Shown here piece after piece: positions 24,101 through 36,100 of a stretch of DNA of 64,000 bases. The translations under genes were made by a program, and so were the position numbers. The DNA is from Podarcis tiliguerta (lineage: Eukaryota). Under the pieces are notes generated by a model. The model was given only the letters and a program-made list of their open reading frames with translations, had not been told where the DNA came from and made no database searches. How positions within the stretch are numbered: position 1 is the stretch's first letter; every line of letters begins with the position of its first letter. The stretch lies in NCBI GenBank assembly GCA_965153285.1, contig OZ229116.1. The stretch is one strand, 5' to 3'.

Positions 24101-27100
24101 ATAATTGTGAAAATAAAAACATGCAACTAAAACACAGAATTCAATTTCCTGTGATTTTTTCATCGTTCGTTTAAAAAATATTAAAATACTAATTGGAATA
24201 AACATAGGGTTGCCATACGTCCAGAATTTCCCAGTGGCCTGGAAAATGTCTGGCAAAATCAGGACGTATGGCAACCCATGTCGGCAGTGTTGTTTTTGCC
24301 AATTTTCCTTAAAAATAGTTCAAAAATGTCATTATTTTGTGTTAGCCAAAATGTTTGAAAGTGTACAAGCAAAGTTTGAAATCTCAGAAGATTTAGTGTT
24401 GAGGGAGATGGAATAAGATATCCAGTATTCAGGAACAATGCTTCAGTGCTCTGCATTTTTCTCTGTCTCCCCCCTCCTAGTACCAATAGAACCAGAATAG
24501 CAAAATCTATGTATTAAATTATGTAAGGAGCACCTCATGCAAATATGCATAATTAGAATAAATAAAGGCAATTTGGTCTTTCTGATTACAAAATTTGAAT
24601 TAGTTGGCACAAAATGTTACCTTCCTAATATCATGCAGTACATACAGCACTAGCTAAAAGCAGTTGGTTTTCTTCATGAGTTGCAAATTGAAAGACTTGT
24701 CACATGGTTGGCACTTTTTCATGGTTTACAGAAGTCTTCCCTGACCTGGTACTCTCCAGATTCTTCAGCCACCACCCACCATGCTGGTTGATGGCCAAAC
24801 CAGCTCCAGATGTCATGTGTTCTTTCCCTAGTATCCTGCAGGGAAGGTGCCTTCACACACATGGTTCTACGCGCCAAGATTTCCTCAGGATCTGGGATCC
24901 TAACTGTCCAAGTTCTAGTTGTAGGTGGAACCTCCATGCATACAATGATGCACAAATGGTCCATACTTACAGATATTTGTGCCATGCACACAGACGTTAG
25001 GAGAAGTGCATGTGACGTTGCGGACAGGGGCCATCCAGCATGGTCCCAATCCTTGCACCTTTGATGATATGTTCAGGAGCAAGCAATGCCCAAAGAGGGC
25101 CATGGTTACACAGAATTTACCGTGGGGAGTGTAACATCTATGCCACTCTTGGGAAAACTTTTGTGAAGTACTCTCAGAAGTGATAGAGTATAGGCTTCAA
25201 AGCTTGAAAATGGTGTTGACTGAGTAATTGTTCTGAAACCGACTTTTCTCACCTTCACAGTCACTCACACCGCTCAGAAATCTCAGATTGCAAAAGGAGT
25301 GGCAGTTTTTTCTATTTTTTTACACTGTATATATGTATAACATTGTAGAAGTATTTGTACAGCCTAATAATTTCTGAATTTATGTTGCTTCCTTTAGGTT
25401 GGCCTGCTGGATCTTGAACTGAATCAACTGACCAAAGCACTGTTCTTGGCTTTAGTTGCACTTTCCATTGTTATGGTAACCTTGCAAGGATTTGTGGGAC
25501 CATGGTACCGCAACCTTTTTCGATTTCTTCTTCTTTTTTCCTACATAATCCCTATCAGGTATGTATAAGAACAAGAGAGAAACACAGATGTCTAATTTCA
25601 CTAAATGTGGCTTTAAAAAAAAACAAAAAAACACTGTACCTTCAGTTCTCATTGTGTAGGAAACAGTGGCGTAGCGTGGGGGGTGCCAGGGGTGCGAGCC
25701 GCACCGGGCGCAACTTTTGGGGGGGCGCAAGTCCAGAGGGAAGGGACAAGCAATCGAGGCTTGGTTGGGGGGAGGGATCTTCGTCTCCGTTTGGCCGGCC
25801 CCCCTCGAGGAAGCGGGAGGGAAAAGAGCCGCGCAGCAGCTGCAGCAGCAGGGAGGAGGAGGTGGAGGAGGAGGAGGAGGTGGAGGAGGAGCAAAGCCGG
25901 GAGGAGGAGGTGGAGGCGCCGCCTGCCTGCCGCAGGATCCAATCCGAGCCTGCTAATCGCTTGCTCAAAGAGGCAAAGGAAGAGGTGGAGGCGGAGCCAC
26001 TGGCCCGGCAGGGAGGAAAGTTGGAAAGAGCAGCGCGCCTGGGCGCAGCGAGGTTGGGTAGGTGCGTGCGCCCTGGCTAGCTGCCCGCCTCCCGGGCTCA
26101 GTGCCTCCATGACCCCTCCAGCGGCGATGGGAGAGATCGGGGGTCTGGGCTTCCGAGATACCCTGGAGTGAAATCCTGCTTCACCTTCTTGGGAGTCCCT
26201 CTCTTATGCTTTGGGGGGGGGTAGCAAGGGGGAAGAATAATGATTTCCTCCACCACCAGCCCCAAATTCTATAGTAAGAGAAATTGGGGGCCAAGCCAAC
26301 TGGGGAAATGGTGAGTCTCTAACTATAGAGCTCAGGTATTTAGGAGCAAGCTGGCTCTGCCCATAGGGAGGAAAAGCACTCTGTGCAAGCTCAGAAAACC
26401 CACGCCATGCCACTGCGTGCTCGCACTCGCAGCTCTCTGCCCCTACCTGGCTCACTCATTCTCTCTCACTGCAGTGCTGGCTGTGCGAATCCGATCTAAG
26501 CCGCCCACTGTGGAGGGGAGGGTGCCAGGCGTGCGGTGCGGTGCGGAGGGAGAGCGAGGGACTATCTGGGGGAGGGACAGTGCAGCGGGGGGGGGGGCGC
26601 AAATTACTTGCCTTGCCCCGGGTTAGGGGGCGCAAATTACTTGCCTTGCCCCGGGTGCTGACAACCCACGCTACGCCACTGGTAGGAAATTGATCTTATC
26701 AGGAAGTTGTAGTAGAAGGTACCAGCAAATCTGCTGATACTGAAGAGATCACTGTACCAAAAAACCATTCTAAATGTACCCTGAAGGGCACAAATAACTG
26801 AATGCATATAAAAGTAATCTAAAGAGGGTCCAATTTGGGTGAATGAGTGTATTGGATTATTATTACCCAATACCTGTTTTCTGTGCCATGGTTTAGCACT
26901 GGAACTTATAAAGAAAATGTCTTTGAAATAGTGTGTCTTTCAGCGTGTATCTTTCCCTTAAACTGCTTAATAACTAGGCTTCACACAAGTGGGATTAAAA
27001 ATCAGGAGCAACAAAATAGTAGTTGTGATTTACACAAAGCTTTAACTTCCACCAGATCTCATTTTAGAAGTTCATTACTTTTAAAGTTCCAAGACTTTTT

Positions 27101-30075
27101 CTGGTGTGACTGGTGAAGATGGGAGGAGCAGCAGTGCTGCAAACTGGATGACTAAAGGCAGTAGCTACTCTTCAGACGTGTAACTTTGGATCTAGTTATT
27201 CCTACTCGGAATATACCCACTGAAATTAATGACCATAGGTCTATTAATTTCATTGGGTTTACTCTGAGTAGATCTTAGTAGGAAACTGCTGATTCATAGG
27301 AACAAGCATGGCTTGGTTAGTTTTTAGAGCTTTTTTTTTTAAGAAACCAAAACATATGTTTTCTTCAATAGCTATTGTTCTGGAATAGGAATTTCATTTG
27401 TAAAAATAATTCACACGGGGCCTATTTCTGGAAAGTAAGGCATGATATGAAATAAGGTCTGGTACCATAATAATGGCTAGAGCTTTATTTTTGTCTTAGT
27501 AAAACTTGTCTTAGTAAATTGGTTTGCTACTTTTTGCAACCTTTTGTTAATCATTACAAATAAATCTGTGTATATTTGTGCCTGTAATTTTGTGTGTCTA
27601 GAGATGTAGGAAGCTCTATGCTAATCATTTTAATACATCAATTCTTGGTCTGACTTCCTGTCCCTTAAAAAAAAAGTTTTATAAGTTTTAGGAGTATCCA
27701 GATAAAGAAAACAATTTTGTGTTTGTTAAACTATCAAGTGTCTCTCTAAAGTTAAATCACATATTCTGTTATCACAAATTCAGAAATGGAGCCCATATAC
27801 ACCAGCGGTATTTGAAATTCTTGATGTGGTACTTCAGGGATGTAGAAGAACCACAATTCACAGATCAAGAGCAGACTGCCAGACCATGGGTATCCTGCCT
27901 GCTCTACCTGAGTCTGGCATTATGCATTTGAAATGATGGGTTTTCAGTGACAATTTTCATTTTAACTCAGCTGACAATGCTCTGGTCATACTTTTCAGAC
28001 TGTAATTATGATGCACAGTTTCCTTTAGATTACATCTTACTAGGTAACATAGTATTGGCATTACTTTTGAGTTGCCAGTTTCTGCATCATGAAAATGTGT
28101 TGCAACAAGGCTTTGTCTCCATTAGAATCTAGAAAATGCTGCTTTGGGGAGATATTTAAGACTTCCCAAAGATTTAATAGTTATTTCAATGCTGTTGTGA
28201 TGCTTAACCACATGATCATAATAATCACGTGAAGTTGGCAATTGCAGGTATGGAATCAAGCATCTATGAGTGTTTCATGCACCATACATCAAGTTTTGGC
28301 CATCAGTAAGCAGAATGAAATAAAGCAAACAAAGTTGGAAAGAAATAGTTTTATTTGCTTCCCTTTTAGTTCTTTTGCTACTACAGGTCAAATATTTCTA
28401 TCACAGCTCCCCTAAGGAATTTTATTTGGGCTAAAGGCAGCTGGAAGTTATTGTGCATGACACTACAAAACTATTCTAAGTAAATCATCGGGTGAAAGGA
28501 TACTATTAGCCCATCAGGAGATCAGCATTCTGCAAAGCTGGCAAGGTAGTGACTAACAGAATAACAGAACATTATCTTAGGGCCTTTCCAAATGACTTTT
28601 TTAGCACAGTAATTGCACAGTTAGTTGTTGCGCGGAATCCTGACACTCTTTCTCAATGTTGCGCTTTTACAGTTATATTTGCCCAGTGCTCAGAGTGTGA
28701 TATTTTGTGGCTGGGGAAATGCTGTTTCCCCCATGCAGGTAACATGTTCTCTTCAATTGTATGGGCTCTATAGAATGCCATTGCATAAATAGAGACAAGT
28801 GGCAGGGGATTTCAAAGCAAATGGTTAGAGTACACACAATCCTGCAGCTTGTTTCTGATATCAGAAAACTTGCTTCCTGCTACATCTAAGCAGTGCCAAT
28901 ACAGAACCAAGAATTCCAAACCTGCCCATATATATTGTGCCTAATTGACCCAATTTCAATTATTAGCTGTTGCCAGAACTATCATTAGGGACAAATTACA
29001 TAACACTTCCACCCACTCCCTGATCTATATTTTTAAGGGATCTGTTTTATATTTATGTTGGTTCTTTAGAATGAGGTGCTCCCATGTTCTTTTAAGGAAA
29101 GTGCCATCAAGATTGCCCACTCAGGAATGGGTCGCCATTTAGTGAACCCTTATTTATGTTGGTCTTTAAAAGCTGTGTACTCAAAGTTTCCAGTGTGTAA
29201 ACACATATTCACTCTGTTTTTTGTTTGTTTGTTTTTAAAGCAAGCAGTGAACATTAACACAGCTTGATGCCATGATAATGCTAGCACCAAGAGGAAAAAA
29301 TGTTTTTATAGACCACGAAGGGTCCCTAATGGGCATGAGTGTTGGATATCTATAAAAGCTTCTCTCATTTTATCTAAGGCTTACTGTAGGGAAGATTGGT
29401 GAGAGACGAAAATATGCATTCAGTTTTAGATATATCCTAAAGGGTGCATGGGCCTTATATAATGTTGGGTATAAAGTTGCCCTTTTTCTGTACAGTATGT
29501 GCATCTGGCACGTTAGCTTCCAATCATTCTCATCTTTTCAGCAATGAACATTCATTGCTATTCTGCTACTACTTGTCATTCATGTCAGTAGGCAGAACTT
29601 GACAGGAAGTGCTTTGGGTTTTTAATGCTTTCCCTCAGTCACTCTTCCTACCCTTTTCATCCCTGGGGAGAGCATTCCACAAGTGGGGAGCCACCACAGA
29701 AAAGGCCTGTTCTCATGTTGCCAACCTCCAGAACTCTTGTGGAGCTGGCACACGAACAAGGGCCTCAAATGATGATTGCAGGGTCTGAGTCAGTTCATAT
29801 GGGAAGAGCCTGTCCTTGAGGTATTGTGGTCCTGAGCTATTTAAGGCTTTATAAGTCTAAGCCAACACTGTGAATTGGGCCTGGAAATTAACTGGCAGCC
29901 AGTGCAGTCAGACCAGAATTGGTGTTGTTTGCTCAAACCATCTTATCCTAGTGAGGAACCTGGGAGGGATGTGTGGGCAGAGTGACAAGAGGCTAATTGT
30001 TTTGGTGAACTGCGCACTTGCAGCATTGTGATTGTGTATGCAAACATGCTAAAAACTGAAAATGTGTTTATTGTG

Positions 30076-30111
<36 letters not shown>

Positions 30112-33100
30112 GCGCTCAGGATTTTCATCTGCCACAGTGCCTTTATGAACCAGGACCATACTACAGCTTAACCAGAAAATATATCAGTGCAGTCGTCTAA
30201 GATTGAAATGTCAAGCACAAACACTAAATTGAATAATCTACTGATAAAAGGAAAGATTAGATGTGCCTAAATCCTGATTTCTGTGAGAGTCAGGAAGAAA
30301 ATTTTCCTGGGTTGCATCCACAGTTAATTGAGTGATTAAAGCATAACTAGCGCTTCAAACTATTTTTAATACAATTTGAACACTCTTGCCTCTTGATATA
30401 AAACTCCAGCTCATAGGACCATCAATTGCTTATTTAGATAAACTCAGCTATTGGTTTTACATTTTATTTACTGTCATAAAGAGTGAAGATGTTAAACACA
30501 AGAGGGACATATGTGTATTTTTCAGTTTACGTGTGAACCTAGATATGGGCAAAGCAGCCTATGGATGGATGATTATGAAAGATGACAATATACCTGGAAC
30601 AGTTGTCCGAACAAGCACCATACCTGAAGAACTAGGTCGTCTGGTATATCTGCTGACTGATAAAACAGGTACAACTTTTAACTGTATTCTATGAATGAAT
30701 GTTATTTATAGAATTAGTGCTGTTGATAATATTTCCTGATTTGGGTGCCCCAGTCTAAACGTTGTAAGATCTGTTACCATGATATAACACCTGTTACTTT
30801 AAGTTAAGCTAATGTTTTAACTATGTGTTTATGACCAAAGTCCAATAAAAGAGAAAATCAACCCTTGCCTCTCTGTGGATACAGAAGGGCAATATGTAGA
30901 AAAAAGAGATACCATTTTTATACTAGAAATGCTCACAATAATTATTTGTTTGCCCTATGAGATAGATTTACTGTTACATTTTACAGGGGATGACTGAAAA
31001 TGAAAATGACTTGCCCAAAATTTCAAACAAAATCTCCCATGTTGTTGGTCATTTCTGTTTTGTATTTAAACTAATATGAATAAAGGGGGGGGGGGGACAC
31101 TCATCCCTTGGAGTGCCCATGGTTTAAGTCCTTTGCAAATATGTACTTCTGCATTTCCACAGTAGTTTAAAAGATACTTGGCTTGTGAAATAATGTGTAC
31201 TGTTTCACCATTAAAATGTGGATGTTCAACTTAAAACAAATTATTGTGATTTTTTAAAAAAGACCACTCAGGTTAATGATATTTTGATGGGGTTGTCCCA
31301 CTTAACCCCATCCTAAAAGTGGGGTTCCCTGTATCGAAAATGAGAAGAGAATAATGAAAATAGCTTGCAAAACACGGTGGCTCTAGCTTCTCTTGAAATG
31401 ATTAAGTATTATTTGTAGAGTCTAAGGAGCATTACATTACTAACATAATTGCAAGGTAGTCCTTTATATGATTGTAAATTGGGTTTGTGCTTCATCAATA
31501 AGCTTTTTGACAAGAAGCGTCCATCACAGTGGCTCTCTCATNNNNNNNNNNNNNNNNNNNNNNNNNNNNNNNNNNNNNNNNNNNNNNNNNNNNNNNNNNN
31601 NNNNNNNNNNNNNNNNNNNNNNNNNNNNNNNNNNNNNNNNNNNNNNNNNNNNNNNNNNNNNNNNNNNNNNNNNNNNNNNNNNNNNNNNNNNNNNNNNNNN
31701 NNNNNNTGCGTGAAACATAAAGTAATTCATTCGACAAGAGAAGACATCTGTTAACTGCAAGGATGCAGAGCATATTGACACTGACCAGAAATACTAGANN
31801 NNNNNNNNNNNNNNNNNNNNNNNNNNNNNNNNNNNNNNNNNNNNNNNNNNNNNNNNNNNNNNNNNNNNNNNNNNNNNNNNNNNNNNNNNNNNNNNNNNNN
31901 NNNNNNNNNNNNNNNNNNNNNNNNNNNNNNNNNNNNNNNNNNNNNNNNNNNNNNNNNNNNNNNNNNNNNNNNNNNNNNNNNNNNNNNNNNNNNNNNNNNN
32001 NNNNNNNNNNNNNNNNNNNNNNNNNNNNNNNNNNNNNNNNNNNNNNNNNNNNNNNNNNNNNNNNNNNNNNNNNNNNNNNNNNNNNNNNNNNNNNNNNNNN
32101 NNNNNNNNNNNNNNNNNNNNNNGAATCACATATAAGTTTGACAGAAAGGCGTCATCCATTACTTGGGGTGGGGGACTCCTTGCAGTGTGTTTTCCAAGGG
32201 CAGCTGAGCATGACATTTTCGTCTCTCGAGGGCACAAGAAGTTCCTAACAACAAAAAGAAAGAAAAAGATTATTTGGCAATATGTATTGAATGTTTTTGA
32301 CATCTAGAGTCTGATACTGCAACTTCCCTGCCCTTCCTGACAGCAACCACAGTATTCAATTATAACAAACACAAACCATCTTCCAAGCACAGTTATTTAC
32401 TAATGCATACGCTCGCATTTGAGTGCTGTAATTAACATTTTAGCGGCTGTGTGGACCAAATGAGATACTTAGCACATGTAATAGTTGAACAGATGCAGAG
32501 AGTAATGGAATTCATAATCTTCTGGGGAAGCCCTGTATTAGGGACTAATGTGTTAACAGTGGAGGTTTGTGTTTAAAATTAATCTAGAGTTAACATATGT
32601 TAAGCTTTGCATGAAGAAAACCAGGGGTACCACTTTATGAGATTAATGCAGACCACAGGCTTATTATCCTGGGCATCCACAATAAGAGCAAGAATCCATT
32701 GGAAATGCTCTTGTCACTTCCACTTCTACATGTTTTGGGACTGCTTTATAATAACCAGTGGTTCCATAACTATTAGAAACTAGAGAGCCTCCATATGTAC
32801 ATATATTCTCTCTGAGAGAATTTGTTCCTTATGAATCCTCCTATGTGGACTCACTATTCTTTCAGCACAGGAGTGATGAATGGAGACAGCTACAACAGGA
32901 ATGCTCTTCCTTTGAGAAAAGCACTTCTCAGTAATATCTAGATAAGTCTCTCTTTTGAGTGAAAGGCATAGCAATGTTCTTACAGATATGTTCTTAACAA
33001 TATAGTTATGCCAGACTGTCATCTACCCTCCCACGCCTACTTCGGGGAAGGAAAAAGTGATAGTGAGCAAAGTGAACACACATCTGTGTTTTTTGCATAC

Positions 33101-36100
33101 ATGATGCCATAGTGGTACTAATTCAAATGTGAAAATTTGGGTGGGAGGACATATACACACATGATGTTTTGCTTTTTGCAGTCACAGGTTTGCTACAATT
33201 AAAGCAGTTGACTAGAAAAGGCTTAAGGATAGAACGGATGTCAACTCCGTCACTAGATGTCAGGGACTGTCTGGACACTGAGGAGTGATGGCTGGATACT
33301 AATGACTCGGCACCAGGAGAAAGGGGGGTTGGAGACTGACTTGGAAGAAGGGATCACTTGCAGATAGCTGAGATTCAGCTTTTGCAAGAGCTGTAAATGA
33401 GCAAGATCTACATACGAAAAGTAGAAAGACACAAGAGGCTTGGCATACAGGTGAATACAGGAAAGCTGATAAGTGGATTTCATTGCAACATGTTGTGCAC
33501 TATCACAGTTTGGTTTAGAGGATTCTACAGTGCTACCAAGCCAACTCCAAGGCCAAATATATATTCTTCAGGTTCTCAAGAACCCTCGTAGTCTGAAAAG
33601 TAGGGAAAAAACCCTTCTTATTTAGATAGACTTGTGATAGATTTGTGCCTTCCTGTGAGGTACCCATACTAGATCCAAAAAAGTAACAAACACAGATCGT
33701 AGGCAGGGAAATGGGGATGAGAGAGGCAATGAAAGGATAATGACTAAAGCTAGAGAAGTGAGCTCCAGCAGCAGTCAATGGTATTAGAGCATCTTGAAGT
33801 CGCAGAGCATCTTTCTGGATATGTCCCAAAAAGCTGGTCAGCCTGGGGATATGAGGGTTTACTTTATAGCAAAGGAGCTTACCTGGGTCACCAGGGTGGT
33901 GACCTGAATTTGTAGCGGGGTTTTCACTGGTGTCCAGGAATGAGCAAGGTAATATTAGATAAAATACAGAGTAGTTGTCAGGGTTCACATCAATTGAATT
34001 TCCTGCCACAGAGTTGTAGCAGATTCAAACAGACATCTTAACCAATCATATTGTGTACCCCTGAGCTTGTATTTCCCAGGAAATAACATAAGAGGGTGCT
34101 AACTTTTAGAGTGCAGTATGCTTACAGAAGGAAAGCTATCACTTGCAAGGAATAATTAATGGCTGGATTAGTGGCATTTTCTGATGAGATGTGTCACTTG
34201 GTTTGTGTGATTAATTAGGTTTGCACGTACGTATCTCATTATGCATATTGTTAGTAACTTTAAGGGCATTGTTGTCAGCAACACCTGGAGGGCCATAAGT
34301 TCCTCACCTTTGATTTAGATCATTATACTGCCTACCATCTTGCTCTCCTGGAAGAACTGCCTTGTTCCTATGGACTGAATAAGGAGCTACATCATTGCTG
34401 TTGGTGTAGTCAAACATTAAGACCCAAGGGGCTTTTAAAGAGGCCCTGCAATGCTTGATCCAAACTGCTGGGCAATATTCAGATTTGGGGACCTGCTGCT
34501 CCTGCTTCTTTGCTTTTTTTTAGGGCAAGCAATGGCATCTTGAAAGAAGTTTTAGATCGTAGGGAAGTGGAAACTGGAATTTTTAGAAGCAAGTTATAAA
34601 AGAGTTGTGCAGTAAGTGTGGCTGGTGTCTGTGGGCTATTTTTATAAGTTAGCAACTGATCTGTTACTGGTTCACCATTAAAATTGGGAAGTTTGTGTGT
34701 GACCCCTGTGCAGGGTTAAGGTTGAGAGATTTTGGTTCTCCAACCTTTTTGAGTTTGATGCCTGAGTGTTAGATGTTCTTGAAAATATCACAGCAATTAA
34801 GCAACTGTTTACACAATATGAAAGTTTATGTTCTCTTGCAACTCCTAGCAAAGTTGCTTATAATTACCTAAGCAGTATTTGCTTGTTTCATTGTGGCTTT
34901 ATTAGAATTTTGGTATTAGGCCAAGCTAACATCTAGTAATATTTAAGCAGAGATCTCTGCATCTGCTTTAAGAAAACTTCCCTGGTATTCTGTTGTGAAC
35001 TGCATCTGTTGTCACCCATGGAATGATGCCTGCAGGACCTGATCTTTAGAAATTAATTTCTTATTTGCCTGCTTTCTTCTGTGTTTAATGATACACTCAT
35101 AGACAAAACTCGTTGCTTCATTAAAGAGCATTAAAAAAATCGCTATAACAATCCCACACAAACTTTTTGTTTAAGATACTTTCCTTATGTGTTAAATGAG
35201 TGTCTTTTGATCATTTGATGGCTGCTGTGCCCGCTTTGTGTCTTTGAAACCTCTGTTCAAACTAGCAAACCTCACCAATTAAAGGTTCTGTAATTTACCA
35301 TTTACGATAAGCTATATGAGATTAACATTTTAGTATAACTGCTGTAAACCTAGGGTTCTATCCAATGTGTGCAAGAGGAACAGACTTATGCTTGTGCAAT
35401 GGGACTTAATCTTCCTTACTCCCCCATTGCAGCATTACTAGCACTCTCAATCTCTGCTTCATGGGATAGGGAAACCCTCCATAGTAGATTCTGGCAATGC
35501 ACAGGGGGCTGCAGGGAGGAGAGGAGGAAACGAAGCCTTGTGCGAGTGGTAGTTTGCTTGTGCACCATTGGATTCTGTCCCTATTTTCAAAGGTATAAAT
35601 GAAAATTAAATTGTAATTCTTCGTTCTGCTTCATGGTCTCTGTGCAGGCACACATGTGTTATCTTCCTATATAGATTGGGATTCAGGATTCTGTAAGCTA
35701 GTATTTGCAACCTGTCAGCTCTCATGGGGTAAGCCACCCGCATTGAGCATAGTTTTAACTATGGAAAGGCAGCATACAAATAAAATGATTATGCTTCAAG
35801 CAACAGAATGCTGACTGCCCTCAATAGTTTGGTTATCCTACCTACAGTTGCACCCTCCACCATATATATGCCTGTACAAAGAAGAAAACTATGTTGCTTA
35901 TACGTAACCAGTTACATCTGTGCAGTTACACAGTTCCATCCTCCTTCCCAGCTTCAGACATTCCATTTAGTTGCTTCTACATCAAACTAGAGAAAAATCA
36001 GAAATGAAGAGCACTTGCTCTGCTCTTTGAATCATACATATTGAGGAGGACATTTCCCCACTCAAAGGCTTTGGATCACTGTTAGCATTTACTTTTCGTG

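Noticed and set aside
24700-25260. Possible retroelement coding remnant (RIPDPEEIL...WSWFGH on the minus strand)
   Set aside because: Only a faint resemblance to RTE-type ORF2 C-termini; too weak to call without a profile search.
25502-26171. Overlapping 108-192 aa ORFs with poly-E, poly-G and poly-R runs
   Set aside because: They arise from stop-poor GC-rich sequence inside the hAT element. They are open on both strands, show no domain similarity, and the true exon frame stops just after the donor.
15394-32303. Long ORFs full of X
   Set aside because: Artefacts of translating through N blocks.
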